Origin: a virus
Taxonomy: Duplodnaviria; Heunggongvirae; Uroviricota; Caudoviricetes
DNA: 16,353 nucleotides
Virus record (IMG/VR): IMGVR_UViG_2585427750_000025
Span: 1 to 16,353 of that record
Strand: one strand, 5' to 3'
Numbering within the stretch: the first letter of the stretch is position 1; every line of letters begins with the position of its first letter. Made by a program: the position numbers and the translations under genes. Positions 15,261-16,353 of the stretch are shown here, one piece after another. The notes below the pieces were generated by a model. That model made no database searches and was not told the DNA's origin. It was given only the letters and a program-made list of their open reading frames with translations.

Positions 15261-15642
15261 GCAACAACAGCAAGCCGCAATAAATGCCATCCTCGCAACA
15301 CCACTCGATAAAGACAAGCCAGTCACCATCCGCATTACTGACTACAAGCGCAACCTTGACCAGAACGCAAAATTTCACGCGATGCTGGCGGATATCGCTC
15401 GTCAGGTTCAATGGTGCGGCAAATGGTTAAAACCGGAACAATGGAAGGTTTTGTTGATCAGCGGTCATGCAGTGGCAACAAAACAGGAAGCTGATGTTTT
15501 GCCCGGGCTTGAAGGCGAATACGTCAACATTCGCGAAAGTAGCGCGCAGATGAGTGTGAAGCGTATGGCAAGTCTGATTGAGTACACGACAGCATGGGCT
15601 ATTGGTCAGGGTGTCAGATTTACCGACAGGAGGTACGAATGA
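15232..15642 (+). CDS. ninB: NinB (Orf-family recombination mediator), 136 aa
   Basis: Similar to lambda NinB over its length (MKxxxFxxRS ... AINAI ... RNLDQN ... QVxWxGxWL); overlaps paralog B by 29 nt. Confidence 0.8.
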   Translation: MKQTIFLRSKQQQQAAINAILATPLDKDKPVTIRITDYKRNLDQNAKFHAMLADIARQVQWCGKWLKPEQWKVLLISGHAVATKQEADVLPGLEGEYVNIRESSAQMSVKRMASLIEYTTAWAIGQGVRFTDRRYE

Positions 15643-15815
15643 GACGACAGCGACGAAGTTTCACCGACATCATCTGCGAAAACTGCAAATACCTTCCAAC
15701 GAAACGCTCCAGAAATAAACGCAAGCCAATCCCAAAAGAATCTGACGTAAAAACCTTCAACTACACGGCTCACCTGTGGGATATCCGGTGGCTAAGACAT
15801 CGTGCGAGGAAATGA
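15639..15815 (+). CDS. ninE: NinE-like small arginine-rich protein, 58 aa
   Basis: ATG at 15639 overlaps the ninB stop (ATGA); product [58 protein letters not shown] resembles the lambda nin-region small basic protein; NinE versus NinD naming is from memory. Confidence 0.55.
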   Translation: MRRQRRSFTDIICENCKYLPTKRSRNKRKPIPKESDVKTFNYTAHLWDIRWLRHRARK

Positions 15816-15817
15816 CA

Positions 15818-16177
15818 ATGGATTATTCACAGTTAAGTGATTTTGAAATTAACGTGGCGGTATTCGAAGCCATTCATAACGGATCGCCGGATTACAAAGA
15901 AGGTGAGAATGGCGATATGGTGTTTGTCTCATTTGAGGGAGACATTGTAAACGGAGACGCAGTTGAAGTAGAAGTTGAGCGCGGATCCTTTAACCCATGC
16001 GCAAACCCAGCAGACTCATGGCCGATTATTGAAAAATACAGGATTAGCATTATCAATCTCGATGAAGACGAGTGGGGTGCACGCGGTGTGGCCTACTGTA
16101 AATCTAAGCGAGCTATACATGAAAATCCCCTTCGCGCCGCCATGATTGTCTTTCTCATGATGCAGAGAATCCAATAA
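15818..16177 (+). CDS. Hypothetical nin-region protein, 119 aa, acidic (start moved to ATG at 15818)
   Basis: AGGA RBS about 7 nt upstream of ATG at 15818 (MDYSQLSDFEIN...); sits between the NinE-like and NinF genes. Confidence 0.5.
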   Translation: MDYSQLSDFEINVAVFEAIHNGSPDYKEGENGDMVFVSFEGDIVNGDAVEVEVERGSFNPCANPADSWPIIEKYRISIINLDEDEWGARGVAYCKSKRAIHENPLRAAMIVFLMMQRIQ

Positions 16178-16353
16178 TGCTTAGCCCATCCCAATCCCTT
16201 CAATACCAGAAAGAAAGCGTCGAGCGAGCTTTAACGTGCGCTAACTGCGGTCAGAAGCTGCATGTGCTGGAAGTTCACGTGTGTGAGCACTGCTGTGCAG
16301 AACTGATGAGCGATCCGAATAGCTCAATGTACGAGGAAGAAGACGATGAGTGA
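16177..16353 (+). CDS. ninF: NinF-like small Cys-rich protein, 58 aa (below the ORF-track cutoff)
   Basis: Hand translation MLSPSQSLQYQKESVERALTCANCGQKLHVLEVHVCEHCCAELMSDPNSSMYEEEDDE with TGA as the last three bases of the window; matches the lambda NinF pattern; ATG overlaps the upstream TAA (TAATG). Confidence 0.6.
   Translation: MLSPSQSLQYQKESVERALTCANCGQKLHVLEVHVCEHCCAELMSDPNSSMYEEEDDE

Noticed and set aside
15594-15815. 73-aa and 133-aa long forms of the NinE-like and following ORFs (starts at 15594 and 15776)
   Set aside because: Both long forms overlap the preceding gene substantially; the internal ATGs at 15639 and 15818 give compact coupled genes and a lambda-like N-terminus for the NinE-like protein.

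Overview
This window is the left and central part of a lambdoid (lambda-like) prophage, read on the minus strand for the early-left operon and on the plus strand for the early-right operon. It is a mosaic: lambda-type N, nutL and nutR, a phage 434-type immunity region (cI, cro, ACAA-N6-TTGT operators), and non-lambda cII, replication and recombination modules. From left to right: a LacY-family MFS transporter (1..1248, + strand), a ~530 bp gap with no integrase ORF, then on the minus strand an AlpA/Xis-type excisionase, a chain of small accessory genes joined by ATGA/GTGA start-stop overlaps (ASCH/DUF3850-like, Lar-like, Ea22-like), a recombination module (DnaQ-like 3'-5' exonuclease, SSB, Rad52/Sak-like annealing protein), a Kil-position small ORF, CIII-like, an acidic 107-aa protein and N. 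The immunity region carries a signal-peptide protein translationally coupled to cI in the rex/nun slot. To the right: cro, nutR, cII-like, an iteron-containing replication initiator, a DnaB-type helicase, a terminator, and a nin-like region with three small membrane ORFs, two paralogous genes, NinB, a NinE-like protein and NinF. No rRNA, tRNA or CRISPR array was seen. The candidates I would look at first are the cI-coupled secreted protein, the nin-region membrane/paralog cassette, the acidic post-N protein and the early-left accessory chain. All family assignments come from reading the translations by eye and recalled similarity; no database search was run.
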